Assembly (NCBI GenBank): GCA_016176295.1
Contig: JACOXN010000006.1
Coordinates: 18,466-82,465, forward strand
Length of the DNA: 64,000 nt
Direction: 5' to 3'
From: Candidatus Giovannonibacteria bacterium
GTDB lineage: Bacteria; Patescibacteriota; Minisyncoccia; UBA11713; 2-01-FULL-45-33
Of this stretch, positions 19,811-29,533 are shown piece by piece (within the stretch, counting starts at the first letter, position 1; each line of letters begins with the position of its first letter). The notes under the pieces are model-generated. The model saw nothing but the letters and a program-made list of their open reading frames with translations, was not told the DNA's origin and ran no database searches. Both the position numbers and the translations under genes were made by a program.

Positions 19811-20218
19811 ATGTCAATGCACCAAGTACCACAGTTTATAGAAGTAGAGGACAAAATTTTCGGTCCGCTTACCATCAAACAATTTTTTTATATTTTGGGC
19901 GGCGGAGCTTTGGTATTTATTTTCTACATATTCCTGCAGATCTGGGCGGTTATTCTTTTAGGGACACCGGTCATGGCATTTTTCGGAGCGCTGGCATTTT
20001 ATAAAATAAACGGCATACCGTTTACGACCGTACTGGGGAACGCCCTTTCTTTTTTTCAATCAAAAAAAATATTCCTCTGGAAAAAACGCCCCTTGCCTCC
20101 GGAAAAAGCTGCCGAGCGGGCAAAGCAGCCGATCAATCTGCGGTCGCCGCAGCTCTCCGAAAGCAAGTTGCAGGACCTTGCCTGGTCACTGGATATTCAA
20201 AAACATATTAAAAGGTAA
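19811..20218 (+). CDS. PrgI family (VirB3-like) membrane protein
   Basis: QVPQFIEVEDKIFGPLTIKQF followed by two TMs. Confidence 0.85.
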   Translation: MSMHQVPQFIEVEDKIFGPLTIKQFFYILGGGALVFIFYIFLQIWAVILLGTPVMAFFGALAFYKINGIPFTTVLGNALSFFQSKKIFLWKKRPLPPEKAAERAKQPINLRSPQLSESKLQDLAWSLDIQKHIKR

Positions 20219-20226
20219 AAAGATTT

Positions 20227-20880
20227 ATGGCTGACGTAACTCCATCACAGGAAATATTGAACATCGAGGAAATAAGAGACGGCGTCCTCATATTGAAAGA
20301 CGGCACGATGCGCGCCATTCTTATGGCTTCTTCCATTAACTTCGCTCTAAAAAGCGCGGACGAGCAAACCGCGATAATTTTGCAATATCAAAATTTTCTA
20401 AACTCGCTGGACTTTACGCTTCAATTTTTTATTCAATCGAGGCCTTTGAACGTCGAGCCGTATATAGACACCTTAAAAGAACAGGAAAAAAAACAGACGG
20501 CCGAACTTTTGCGCATTCAAATAAGCGAGTATATGGATTTTATCAGGACATTTGTGAGAGCCGCCAACATCGTGACTAAAAGCTTTTATATAGTGGTTCC
20601 TTTTACTCCTCCGATGTTCGACAAACCGAGTGAAGGAGTAAAATCCCTTTTCGGCTCGATTCTCAAACCTAAGAAAAAAGACAAACGCACTTTAAACGAC
20701 GAATCTTTCGAGGAATACAAGAACCAACTGTGGCAGCGGGTGGACACCGTCATCCAGGGGATTGTGAGAACCGGAGTCCGCACCGTGCCGTTGAACACCG
20801 AAGAACTGATAGAATTATTCTACGGGCTTTACAACCCGGGCGAACTGGAAAAAGGGAAACCCCCGAGCATAACAAAATAA
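20227..20880 (+). CDS. VirB4-associated conserved protein (TraC N-terminal-like)
   Basis: SINFALKSADEQ...FLNSLDF...LNTEELIELFY; lies between PrgI and the ATPase. Confidence 0.7.
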   Translation: MADVTPSQEILNIEEIRDGVLILKDGTMRAILMASSINFALKSADEQTAIILQYQNFLNSLDFTLQFFIQSRPLNVEPYIDTLKEQEKKQTAELLRIQISEYMDFIRTFVRAANIVTKSFYIVVPFTPPMFDKPSEGVKSLFGSILKPKKKDKRTLNDESFEEYKNQLWQRVDTVIQGIVRTGVRTVPLNTEELIELFYGLYNPGELEKGKPPSITK

Positions 20881-20883
20881 TAT

Positions 20884-22779
20884 ATGCCATTTTTCGGACT
20901 TATTAAAAAAAAGGGGAAAGAGGACCGCGAAATAACACCGGTCTTTCCGGAAGAAATATACCAGGCCGGCATTTTGGAATTGCGCGACATTATAGCTCCT
21001 TCCGCCCTTGAAATAACGGCGAGCCACGTAAGGCTGGGAGAGAAATTAGCGCGCACTTTATTCGTTTTTACTCTTCCCAGGTATCTGGCCACCAACTGGT
21101 TTGCCCCCATCATAAACCTGGACAAAATGTTCGACGTATCCATTTTTTTCCATCCCGTTGACACGGCGATAGTTTTGCGGAAACTCCAGAGAAAAGTTGC
21201 GGAAGTGCAGTCGCAAATAAATATCCGACAGGAAAAGGGGCTGGTGAGGGACCCGGTGCTCGATACGGCATATGCCGACCTGGAGTCGCTCAGAGACAAG
21301 CTCCAGCAGGCGCAGGAAAAGCTTTTCAGTTTTGGGCTGTACATAACCATTTATGCAAATACCAGTGATGAACTGGATAAAATGGAGTCCGAAATAAAAT
21401 CCATCCTGGAAGCCAAGCTGGTTTATGCCAAGCCGGCGCTCTTCCAACAGCAGGACGCGCTGCACACCGTTTTCCCGACGGCAACCGACCTGCTTAAAAT
21501 AAGCAATTATCTGAATTCTTCCCCGGCTTCAAGCATCTTTCCTTTCGTTTCCTTCGACCTGACATCGAACAAGGGTATACTATTCGGCATCAATTCACAC
21601 AATAATTCTCTCGTGCTTTTTGACCGCTTCAGTCTGGAAAACTACAACTCGGTCACTTTCGCCAAAGCGGGGGCCGGAAAATCCTATGCGACCAAGCTCG
21701 AAATTTTGCGTTCGCTTATGTTCGATACCGATATCATCGTCATAGACCCCGAGCGCGAATATGAATATTTGGCGGAAGCGACCGGCGGCAGATATTTCAA
21801 TATTTCATTGACTTCGGCCCACCATATCAATCCTTTCGACCTTCCGCTTCCGCGGGAGGACGAATCCCCGACGGACGTGCTGCGCTCGCACATCATCAAC
21901 CTTGTCGGACTTTTCAGAATAATGCTTGGGGGGCTTACACCGGAAGAAGACTCGATAATCGACCGCGCTATCACCGAAACATACGCCTCCCGCGACATTA
22001 CGCCCGATTCGGATTTTTCTACGGCCGTTCCGCCCATCCTTTCGGACCTGGAGCTGGTGCTCGCCAACCTGGAAGGAGGGGATTCGCTCGCCCAGCGCTT
22101 GAGAAAATACACCAAAGGAACCTGGGCCGGATTTTTAAACCAGCCCACAAACGTGGACATCAACCAAAAATTCGTGGTGTTTTCCGTAAGAGACATGGAA
22201 GACGAACTGCGTCCGGTCGCCATGTACATCATCATCAACTACATCTGGAGCGCTGTGCGGACCGAACTTAAAAAAAGGCTTCTCGTGGTAGATGAGGCCT
22301 GGTGGATAATGAAACATGAAGACGGCGCGTCATTCCTTTTCGGGCTCGCCAAAAGAGCTAGAAAATATTTCTTGGGGGTGGCCACCATTACTCAGGACGT
22401 CGGCGACTTTATGAATTCCCCCTACGGAAAGGCTATTATCACGAACTCATCCATCCAACTGCTGCTGCGGCAGGCACCGGCTTCCATAGATATACTCCAG
22501 GAAACTTTCAGCCTTACCGAAGAAGAAAAATTTCTGCTGATGGAATCCGACGTTGGCGAAGGAATTTTCTTCGCGGGTTTAAAACACGTGGCTATCCGTA
22601 TCTTGGCTTCTTACACGGAGGACCAGATAATAACCTCCGACCCGGCCCAATTACTGGCCATTAAAAAAGCTAAATCCGTCAACCTGGAATCAAAACCATC
22701 ATCCCCCGAAAACGTAAACGCCGATATACCAAAAGCCGAAAAAGCGCAGAATTTACTTAAAGAACAAAATAATGTATAA
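20884..22779 (+). CDS. VirB4/TraC-like secretion ATPase
   Basis: Walker A AKAGAGKS, IDPEREY, INPFD, Walker B LLVVDEAW, RARKY, TITQD. Confidence 0.9.
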   Translation: MPFFGLIKKKGKEDREITPVFPEEIYQAGILELRDIIAPSALEITASHVRLGEKLARTLFVFTLPRYLATNWFAPIINLDKMFDVSIFFHPVDTAIVLRKLQRKVAEVQSQINIRQEKGLVRDPVLDTAYADLESLRDKLQQAQEKLFSFGLYITIYANTSDELDKMESEIKSILEAKLVYAKPALFQQQDALHTVFPTATDLLKISNYLNSSPASSIFPFVSFDLTSNKGILFGINSHNNSLVLFDRFSLENYNSVTFAKAGAGKSYATKLEILRSLMFDTDIIVIDPEREYEYLAEATGGRYFNISLTSAHHINPFDLPLPREDESPTDVLRSHIINLVGLFRIMLGGLTPEEDSIIDRAITETYASRDITPDSDFSTAVPPILSDLELVLANLEGGDSLAQRLRKYTKGTWAGFLNQPTNVDINQKFVVFSVRDMEDELRPVAMYIIINYIWSAVRTELKKRLLVVDEAWWIMKHEDGASFLFGLAKRARKYFLGVATITQDVGDFMNSPYGKAIITNSSIQLLLRQAPASIDILQETFSLTEEEKFLLMESDVGEGIFFAGLKHVAIRILASYTEDQIITSDPAQLLAIKKAKSVNLESKPSSPENVNADIPKAEKAQNLLKEQNNV

Positions 22780-23224
22780 ATCTCCGCGAGGTCTTGAATA
22801 TATAGAGAAAAAAAATATAGGGAAAACTCCGCCCAAGAAACTAGACCAAGGCGGGGGCTCCAGGCTTGGGCCCGCTACCGGATTTCTTTTAATCGCTTTT
22901 GGTATTATTATCGACCTTATTGAAATATTTCTCGATTTAATCATCATCGGAATCGTGTTAAACTGGTTTATAGGGATATTTACCCTGCTGACTTTCTACG
23001 TAGTGCTGAAATGGAACAATATTTCGATGTGGGAAGCAAGAACCGGCGCGCGGATAATGATTTCATTGATATCCATGATTTTCGGGGAAGTGGTAACGGC
23101 GGGCCTTTTCCCGGGATGGTTTGGGTTCGCGCTTCTCGTGGTTTTATTTGAGAGGGCGCGAGAAATTCCTGTTGTCGGTAAAGCCATGAGCGCAGCTTAT
23201 AAAACGGCATCCGCAATAAAATGA
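22772..23224 (+). CDS. Membrane protein
   Basis: 3-4 hydrophobic segments; overlaps both neighbours. Confidence 0.7.
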   Translation: MYKSPRGLEYIEKKNIGKTPPKKLDQGGGSRLGPATGFLLIAFGIIIDLIEIFLDLIIIGIVLNWFIGIFTLLTFYVVLKWNNISMWEARTGARIMISLISMIFGEVVTAGLFPGWFGFALLVVLFERAREIPVVGKAMSAAYKTASAIK

Positions 23225-24213
23225 AATATCTTAAAAAAATAATTATACTTTCGCTGCTCTCCTTAACGACTTTGGTTGCTTCCGCACAAGTTGTGCCGGA
23301 TGATGCAATAGTATTCAATACTACCCCGCAATATCCCAAGCCGGGAGAGAATGTAACTGTTTCCGTGAATTCTTATATTTTCGACATCAGCCGGGCGGAG
23401 TTCGTCTGGACGGTAAACAGCAAAAAAGTGGCCGCGGGAGGAGGAATAACTTCCGTTAATTTAAAAGCGGGCTCGGCCGGTTCCACCGCAGTAGTGAAAG
23501 TCAGCGCCTCACTAAACAATGAAGTTTATGAAGGCAATACCGTAATATACGTAACCGATGTGGACCTGGTCGTAAACGCCAATACCTACGCCCCGAACTT
23601 TTACAGGGGTTCCAAACTTATCACCCCCGGAAGCACGATAGATATTTTTGCCGTTCCTTTTCTCTACTTTGACGGGACGCGGCTGAATCCGACTACACTC
23701 TCTTACGAGTGGACGCTGAATGGCACGCGCATGGGAAATCAATCAGGTAAAGGAAGGGATAAATTAAGTTTGGATATTGCGGATGTTAACGGATATTACG
23801 ATATCGAACTCAAGGTAAGCTCACCGCAAAAAACGGTTATTGCGGCAAAAAGGATAAGCTTTCAGACTCAAGCTCCGAAGATCTTATTCTATAAAACAGA
23901 TACTTTGCTTGGACGCAAGCCCGTTGCTTTGCAGAATTTGAATGAATTTGCCGGCAATACTTTTACTATCGCGGCTGAGCCTTACTTTTTTGATCTAAGA
24001 TTTGTGTCTAAACTTCTCACACGATGGAGCTCCAACGGCCAGACAATTAACAAAAAGGACTCAACCAAACCGTTCGAATTGGAGCTTGCGGCTCCTCCCG
24101 ACACTGAATCACTAACGCCGTTCAACTTTGAGGCGCAAAAACCAAACTCGCTTTTCCAACAGGCGGAAGCTTTTTTAAACATCCATATTTTAAGAAAATC
24201 CGGTAATGAATAA
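23221..24213 (+). CDS. Secreted beta-rich (Ig/PKD-like) protein
   Basis: Signal peptide ending ASA; repeated YEWTLNG/FVWTVN strands. Confidence 0.7.
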   Translation: MKYLKKIIILSLLSLTTLVASAQVVPDDAIVFNTTPQYPKPGENVTVSVNSYIFDISRAEFVWTVNSKKVAAGGGITSVNLKAGSAGSTAVVKVSASLNNEVYEGNTVIYVTDVDLVVNANTYAPNFYRGSKLITPGSTIDIFAVPFLYFDGTRLNPTTLSYEWTLNGTRMGNQSGKGRDKLSLDIADVNGYYDIELKVSSPQKTVIAAKRISFQTQAPKILFYKTDTLLGRKPVALQNLNEFAGNTFTIAAEPYFFDLRFVSKLLTRWSSNGQTINKKDSTKPFELELAAPPDTESLTPFNFEAQKPNSLFQQAEAFLNIHILRKSGNE

Positions 24214-24793
24214 AAAAATAAAAATTTTATTTTTGGTTTTAGGAATTTTATACCTCGCCAATTCCGTCCTAGCGGCTCCCTATACTCTTGTTGAACCGGT
24301 TCCTTTCCTGCAGCCCGCATATGACGGCCCCAGCGCCTTCCTTGAATATACGCGCGATCTGGTTAGATTTCTTCTGGGGTTTGCGGCGGTAGCGGCAGTG
24401 GTCATGATAGTCATAGGCGGCATCCAATATGCTTCCTCGATCGGCAACGAATCCATGGTTACCGACGCTAAAGACAGAATATATTGGGCTATTTTAGGCC
24501 TCATTCTGGCTCTGCTTTCTGTTTTAATATTAAGGACCATAAATCCTGCCCTGGTAGACCTTGAACTTCCTATTCCGGCGCTTCCAGCGATAAAAGGCGG
24601 CGGGCAAAGTGGAGCGGGATCCGGTGGAAAAATCGGGGGAGTCGGGAGTATTCCTGGAGCGCTTCCTCCCCCCGCTCCACCACCGCCTCCTGGAGGAACT
24701 GTACAATCAGGACAAATGTGCATAGCACCAACACAGTGTACGACAGGTGTCTGCAATATACCGTCGGGACAAGTGATTGGGGTGTGTAAATAA
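24206..24793 (+). CDS. VirB2/TrbC-like pilin with Pro/Cys-rich tail
   Basis: AVVMIVIGGIQY...AKDRIYWAILGLILAL...ILRTINP. Confidence 0.8.
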   Translation: MNKKIKILFLVLGILYLANSVLAAPYTLVEPVPFLQPAYDGPSAFLEYTRDLVRFLLGFAAVAAVVMIVIGGIQYASSIGNESMVTDAKDRIYWAILGLILALLSVLILRTINPALVDLELPIPALPAIKGGGQSGAGSGGKIGGVGSIPGALPPPAPPPPPGGTVQSGQMCIAPTQCTTGVCNIPSGQVIGVCK

Positions 24794-24800
24794 AAAAATT

Positions 24801-26069
24801 ATGTCAAATTACTTCGCAAAAAAAAATATTTCGATCGCGGGAGGAATTATCCTGGCCATTGCCCTTATAATTTTCTTCAGCCTTAAAACTACCGAACAGG
24901 GCGGAAAAGAAAGCGGGGGAATCGGTTCTTTTTTCAGCGGAATATTTCCTTCAGCAGGGAACAATAATAACGGGGAAGGAGAATCTCCTTCGGAAAATGC
25001 GACCAGCACCCCTGCAGAAAATCAATTTGAGAACGCAGAAATAGTGACCGAACTTCCGTTAGGAAGAGAAACCGCAAAACAACTGCCGGTGGGAAGCATG
25101 ATACTTTCTTCCCCAGCGCAGGTTTCGGCTCTCATGGCCATAGGGACCAGTTCCATCAGATACTATAAAAATGTCCCGGAAAATTTAGGCCACCTTTTTG
25201 AAAGGAACGCCGAAGGCACAAGCGATGAATTGAGACTCGCCAACTATACTATTCCTAAAATTGTAAAAGTGGTATGGGCGCCAAACGGCCAAAAAAATGT
25301 TATTTTCTATGACCTTGACGGAAAAACAAGAAAGATATTGATAGATTACACCAGAATAGACACTCCCAAACCGGAATTTCTGCCTGATTCCATTTCGGAT
25401 GTGGCCTTCTCGCCGGATTCCAAATCCATGGCGTTTATAAACGATCTGGGAGCGACCCAAAATATATTTATAGCCACTTCCGCTTTCAAGAACTCCAAAA
25501 AAATATTTTCAAATAATATTCCCGGGCTTGAACTTTCCTGGCCGGCTTCCGGTTCACTGGCTTTAAAACCCAAAACCTCCTATCTGTACGACGGAAGTCT
25601 TTATACCGTCAACACAAAGACCGGGAATCTTACTAAAGTTTTGGAAAGCAGGGGGTTGGATGCGGTCTGGTCTCCCGACGGCAACGGCGTTCTCTATTCT
25701 TATACCGACCAAACAGGCGTTCTCCAGAATATCAGGTACAACAATTTCAAAACTTCGGAAACAACCGAGTTTGACATAAGAACTATCGCCGAAAAGTGCG
25801 GCTTTGCGAAGTCGCCGACCAACAATGGCTTTGTTTTCTGCGCTGTGCCGCGCAACTTACCCGATGCAAAATATCCCGACGACTGGTGGCAGGGAAAAGT
25901 ATCTTTTAGTGATTATCTCGTAAAGATAAACCTCGCTACGGGTGAGGTAACGAACAGCGCTCCTGCTTTTCACGACGTCACGCTGCCTAGTCTGACTTCC
26001 GACGATAAATATTTTATCTTCAAGGATAAAAACACCGGCTCCCTCTGGAGCATAAAAATAGCTGAGTAG
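24801..26069 (+). CDS. Membrane-anchored beta-propeller (TolB-like) protein
   Basis: TM then WAPNG, FSPDS and WSPDG repeats. Confidence 0.75.
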   Translation: MSNYFAKKNISIAGGIILAIALIIFFSLKTTEQGGKESGGIGSFFSGIFPSAGNNNNGEGESPSENATSTPAENQFENAEIVTELPLGRETAKQLPVGSMILSSPAQVSALMAIGTSSIRYYKNVPENLGHLFERNAEGTSDELRLANYTIPKIVKVVWAPNGQKNVIFYDLDGKTRKILIDYTRIDTPKPEFLPDSISDVAFSPDSKSMAFINDLGATQNIFIATSAFKNSKKIFSNNIPGLELSWPASGSLALKPKTSYLYDGSLYTVNTKTGNLTKVLESRGLDAVWSPDGNGVLYSYTDQTGVLQNIRYNNFKTSETTEFDIRTIAEKCGFAKSPTNNGFVFCAVPRNLPDAKYPDDWWQGKVSFSDYLVKINLATGEVTNSAPAFHDVTLPSLTSDDKYFIFKDKNTGSLWSIKIAE

Positions 26070-26095
26070 AAATTAACCTTAGTTTAAAATATTCC

Positions 26096-26145
26096 ACCTC
26101 ACCCTACCCTCTCCTTCTAAAGGAGAGGGGGCAAGGGGGTGAGGT
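26096..26145. repeat. Family B palindromic element between convergent genes
   Basis: acctcaccctaccctctccttctaaaggagagggggcaagggggtgaggt. Confidence 0.8.
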
Positions 26146-26624
26146 TAAGAAACCATGTCAAAAGGTTTGATGACCACGCGTCTTTGCGGCCCCTCACCGA
26201 CGCTTTCCGTAGTTATATCCGGATATTCCTGCAGTGTCATGTGAACTATTCTCCGTTCGTAACCGTTCATAGGTCTCATTTCAATGTCTTTTTTGAAGTA
26301 ACGCACCCGCTGCGCGTGTATTCTGGCTTCGTCTTTTATTTCCTCTATTTTTTTTTGATGATAATCATTTACGTCTATCAAAAATCTGACCTCCTGCGGA
26401 TATTTTTTTTCTACAATTCGCCTCACAAGATGGTTAAGGGCGGATAAATTCTGCCCGCCTTCGCCTATCAAAAGATTTGATTCCGAAGTTTTTAAAATAT
26501 ATCTGACGTCTTCCCCCTCCTGGGCTGCTTCCAGACTAAATTCAACGCCTAAAAAATGCAATACTTCCAGTATTGTTTTTTCAGTGAAGTTTTTCTGTTC
26601 GTCTTTTTCTTCAATGTCGCTCAT
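26145..26624 (-). CDS. jag: Jag/EloR RNA-binding protein (KH plus R3H)
   Basis: LLIGEGGQNLSAL, PMNGYERRIVH, TESVGEGPQRRVVI. Confidence 0.9.
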   Translation of the reverse strand: MSDIEEKDEQKNFTEKTILEVLHFLGVEFSLEAAQEGEDVRYILKTSESNLLIGEGGQNLSALNHLVRRIVEKKYPQEVRFLIDVNDYHQKKIEEIKDEARIHAQRVRYFKKDIEMRPMNGYERRIVHMTLQEYPDITTESVGEGPQRRVVIKPFDMVS

Positions 26625-27345
26625 TTGAAGCGGCATCCCGGCGTAAAGCCTGTTTTCGGACAGCCGCTTCGTGTACTATAGCAAACACATTCATGGCTGT
26701 CCAATAAAGGGCAACCGCCGCCGGCATTTTCAAACCGAAGATAAAAATCATGACAGGCAATATATAAGGCAGCTGTTTTTGCATGGCGGAGGCGAGATCC
26801 GTCGCGTTTTTTTTGGATGGGTCAGGCGGCATGGAAAGTTTTGCCTGAAAAAATTGTGACAACGCCGCCAAAAAAGCCAAGACCAGGTTGGGGCTCGTCA
26901 ATGATATCGTTCCCAGAAACATTACATTGATATTTTCAGGAATTGTAATAAAAGAATAGACTTCGGCCGGATTGAATGGAATGCCCCGGAAGAAAACATG
27001 ATAAAGCGCGATGAGCACCGGGAACTGCAAAAGAATCGCAAAAAAACCGGAAAAAGGATTGATGCCGTGCTGGCGGTAAAGCTCCATCATCGCCTGCGCC
27101 TGCTCGTCTTTGTTTTTTTTACTGTCGCGTATTTCTTTTACATGTGGTTCTATCTTTTTCATCACCTGCTGAGTCCGTATCATTTTGTGCGAAATAGGAA
27201 ACATCAGCCCGCGTATCAGCAAAGTAAGCGCAATGACCGAAAACCCGAGGTCATGAAACGGCATTACGGACGTTAAAAATATAAGCCCATTCAAAAGGGG
27301 CTGATAGAATATCGCATTATAGGCCGCGCCGATGAAACTAAACAT
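26611..27345 (-). CDS. yidC: Membrane protein insertase YidC
   Basis: MELYRQHGINPF, QFPVLIALY, PAAVALYW; synteny with rnpA. Confidence 0.93.
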   Translation of the reverse strand: MFSFIGAAYNAIFYQPLLNGLIFLTSVMPFHDLGFSVIALTLLIRGLMFPISHKMIRTQQVMKKIEPHVKEIRDSKKNKDEQAQAMMELYRQHGINPFSGFFAILLQFPVLIALYHVFFRGIPFNPAEVYSFITIPENINVMFLGTISLTSPNLVLAFLAALSQFFQAKLSMPPDPSKKNATDLASAMQKQLPYILPVMIFIFGLKMPAAVALYWTAMNVFAIVHEAAVRKQALRRDAASNERH

Positions 27346-27703
27346 ATAAAAATGATCTTTTAAGTATATCTATCATATCATCCCTTAATTCCATAAAGCC
27401 AGGGACTCGTTTTTTCTGAACAGCCATAAAAAAAACCAGGTCGTAGCCGGGTTTTACCCCCGCCAAAATTTCTTCCGCCACGGCATTCATCCGGCGCCTC
27501 GCCAAATTGCGAAAAGCCGCCCCTTTTTTGAATTTTACGGATACAACGAAAGTCCATCTTGAACTTTTGGTCCTGCCTGTCCGACAGGCAGGACCGTTTG
27601 GCGCGTATTTTAAGGTCAAAAGATTTCCCTTTGCAAAGCGCGTTTTAATCTTAAAAAAAATATTTAAATCCCTTTTCCCTATTCTAAGTGATTTTTTCAG
27701 CAT
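27338..27703 (-). CDS. rnpA: RNase P protein component
   Basis: FVVSVK...AAFRNLARRR; lies between rpmH and yidC. Confidence 0.85.
   Translation of the reverse strand: MLKKSLRIGKRDLNIFFKIKTRFAKGNLLTLKYAPNGPACRTGRTKSSRWTFVVSVKFKKGAAFRNLARRRMNAVAEEILAGVKPGYDLVFFMAVQKKRVPGFMELRDDMIDILKRSFLYV
27572..27592. repeat. Family A element in frame in rnpA (PACRTGR)
   Basis: cctgcctgtccgacaggcagg; palindrome extends over 27569-27595. Confidence 0.85.
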
Positions 27704-27721
27704 TTAGCGGACGCTTATTGG

Positions 27722-27856
27722 TTACACACTCAATTTACGCCTTCCTTTTCTCATGCGCCTCTTAATAACGTTCCTGCCGGTGGAGGATTTCATGCGTGCA
27801 AGAAAACCGTGCGTACGGGCTCTTTTTTTCTTTTTTGGTTTGTAAGTAAATGACAT
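27722..27856 (-). CDS. rpmH: 50S ribosomal protein L34
   Basis: [44 protein letters not shown], translated by hand; not in the ORF track. Confidence 0.96.
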   Translation of the reverse strand: MSFTYKPKKKKRARTHGFLARMKSSTGRNVIKRRMRKGRRKLSV

Positions 27857-27969
27857 ATTTTATGATTCTACAACAAATCCAGGTTTTAGCAATCTTCACA
27901 ACTGATGCACAACCTATTAACATCTTAATCACAATACAAAGTTTGTAAAGAAAGATATAGTTAGAACAT

Positions 27970-29355
27970 ATGAACCCACAAAACGAAGAATTATGGAACA
28001 AAGCGCTGGCTGAAATAGAACTCTCTGTTTCGCGCGCGAACTTCGCGACGTGGTTTAAAAACACCAATATCGTTAACAACTCCGAGGGAGTGGTGACTAT
28101 CGGCGTTCCCAACGGATTCGTTAAGGAATGGCTGGAAAATAAATATCACAAATTTGTCCTAAAATCCATCCGTTCTCTCCTTCCGGAAGTGCGGGTGGTG
28201 GAATATTCCATCGTTTCCTCCATAGCTGAGCCCAAAACTTTGAAAATAAAACTACCCAGGGAAATGTCGGTCCCGTCCGAGGAACAGCTTGATTTTAAGG
28301 AGTTTCAGATAGATCCCGAAACCAATTTAAATCCTAAATATACACTGGAATCGTTCATTGTGGGCTCTTTTAACGAACTCGCGCACGCGGCTATAACTTC
28401 GGTCGTAAAAAATCTCGGCAAAGCTTACAACCCTCTCTTTATATACGGCGGAGTCGGCCTCGGTAAGACCCATTTACTGCAAGCCGCCGGGAACAAAGTA
28501 AAAGAAATGAACCCTCTTAAGAAGATACACTACACTACCTCTGAAAAATTCAGCAATGAGCTCGTTTCTTCCCTGCAAAACAACTCCGTTTATAACTTCA
28601 AGGAAAAATATAGAAAATATGATCTTTTAATAGTAGACGATATTCAGTTCTTCTCCGGAAAAATAAAAACACAGGAAGAATTTTTCCACACTTTCAACAC
28701 TTTGTATGAATCCGGCAAACAGGTCATATTCTCTTCCGATCGGCCGCCGGCCTCTATACACGATATAGAGGAGCGCCTGCGTTCCAGATTCGAAGCCGGG
28801 GTTATTGTAGATATCTCGGAGCCTGAACTCGAAGCAAGGATTGCCATTTTAAAATCCAAAGCTGCGGAAAAAAAGATAAGTCTACCCGATGAAACCATTG
28901 AAATAATCGCCTCCGTAATACAAAAGAACATCCGCGAATTGGAAGGAGCCTTGAATATCATTCATATACAATCAAATCACAAGAATATCGTCTTAAAACC
29001 GGATGAAGTGAGGGAAATCTTAAATAAGAACGTACGGCCGAAAAATGTCGTCACCCCATCACAAATAATCAAAGTTGTGGCTGAATTTTATGATATACCG
29101 GAAAAATCAATATTTGAACACACCAGAAAGACCGAAATAGTTAAACCGCGCCAGATAGTAATGTATCTCATGAGGGAAGACTTGGGGCGTTCATATCCTT
29201 TCATAGCGCAGAAATTCGGCGGGATGGACCACACGACCGCAATTCATGCCTTTGATAAAATATCCAAAGAATTAAAAAAGAACAATAAGCTCGAAGAAGA
29301 AATAAAATCCATCCGCGAAAAGTACCAAAATTTGGCAGAGCAGGGAGTTAAATAA
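27970..29355 (+). CDS. dnaA: Chromosomal replication initiator
   Basis: YNPLFIYGGVGLGKTHL, DDIQF, RLRSRF, NIRELEGAL, DHTT. Confidence 0.98.
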   Translation: MNPQNEELWNKALAEIELSVSRANFATWFKNTNIVNNSEGVVTIGVPNGFVKEWLENKYHKFVLKSIRSLLPEVRVVEYSIVSSIAEPKTLKIKLPREMSVPSEEQLDFKEFQIDPETNLNPKYTLESFIVGSFNELAHAAITSVVKNLGKAYNPLFIYGGVGLGKTHLLQAAGNKVKEMNPLKKIHYTTSEKFSNELVSSLQNNSVYNFKEKYRKYDLLIVDDIQFFSGKIKTQEEFFHTFNTLYESGKQVIFSSDRPPASIHDIEERLRSRFEAGVIVDISEPELEARIAILKSKAAEKKISLPDETIEIIASVIQKNIRELEGALNIIHIQSNHKNIVLKPDEVREILNKNVRPKNVVTPSQIIKVVAEFYDIPEKSIFEHTRKTEIVKPRQIVMYLMREDLGRSYPFIAQKFGGMDHTTAIHAFDKISKELKKNNKLEEEIKSIREKYQNLAEQGVK

Positions 29356-29533
29356 AAAAACAGTGTTAATAATATTTTTTAAAAAAAATATTCCAAAATT
29401 ATCCACAACTTAGCGAGTACACAAAATATAATTTATCGTTTATTTATAAAGTTCAAAAAAAATATACACATATTCACACGATTATATTTAATAAATTATA
29501 TATAACAATTATATTAATTAATATAACGAACGT
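29356..29533. other. Probable oriC
   Basis: Perfect DnaA box TTATCCACA at 29399-29407, degenerate boxes near 29462-29478, very AT-rich tract at 29481-29527, between dnaA and dnaN. Confidence 0.75.
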
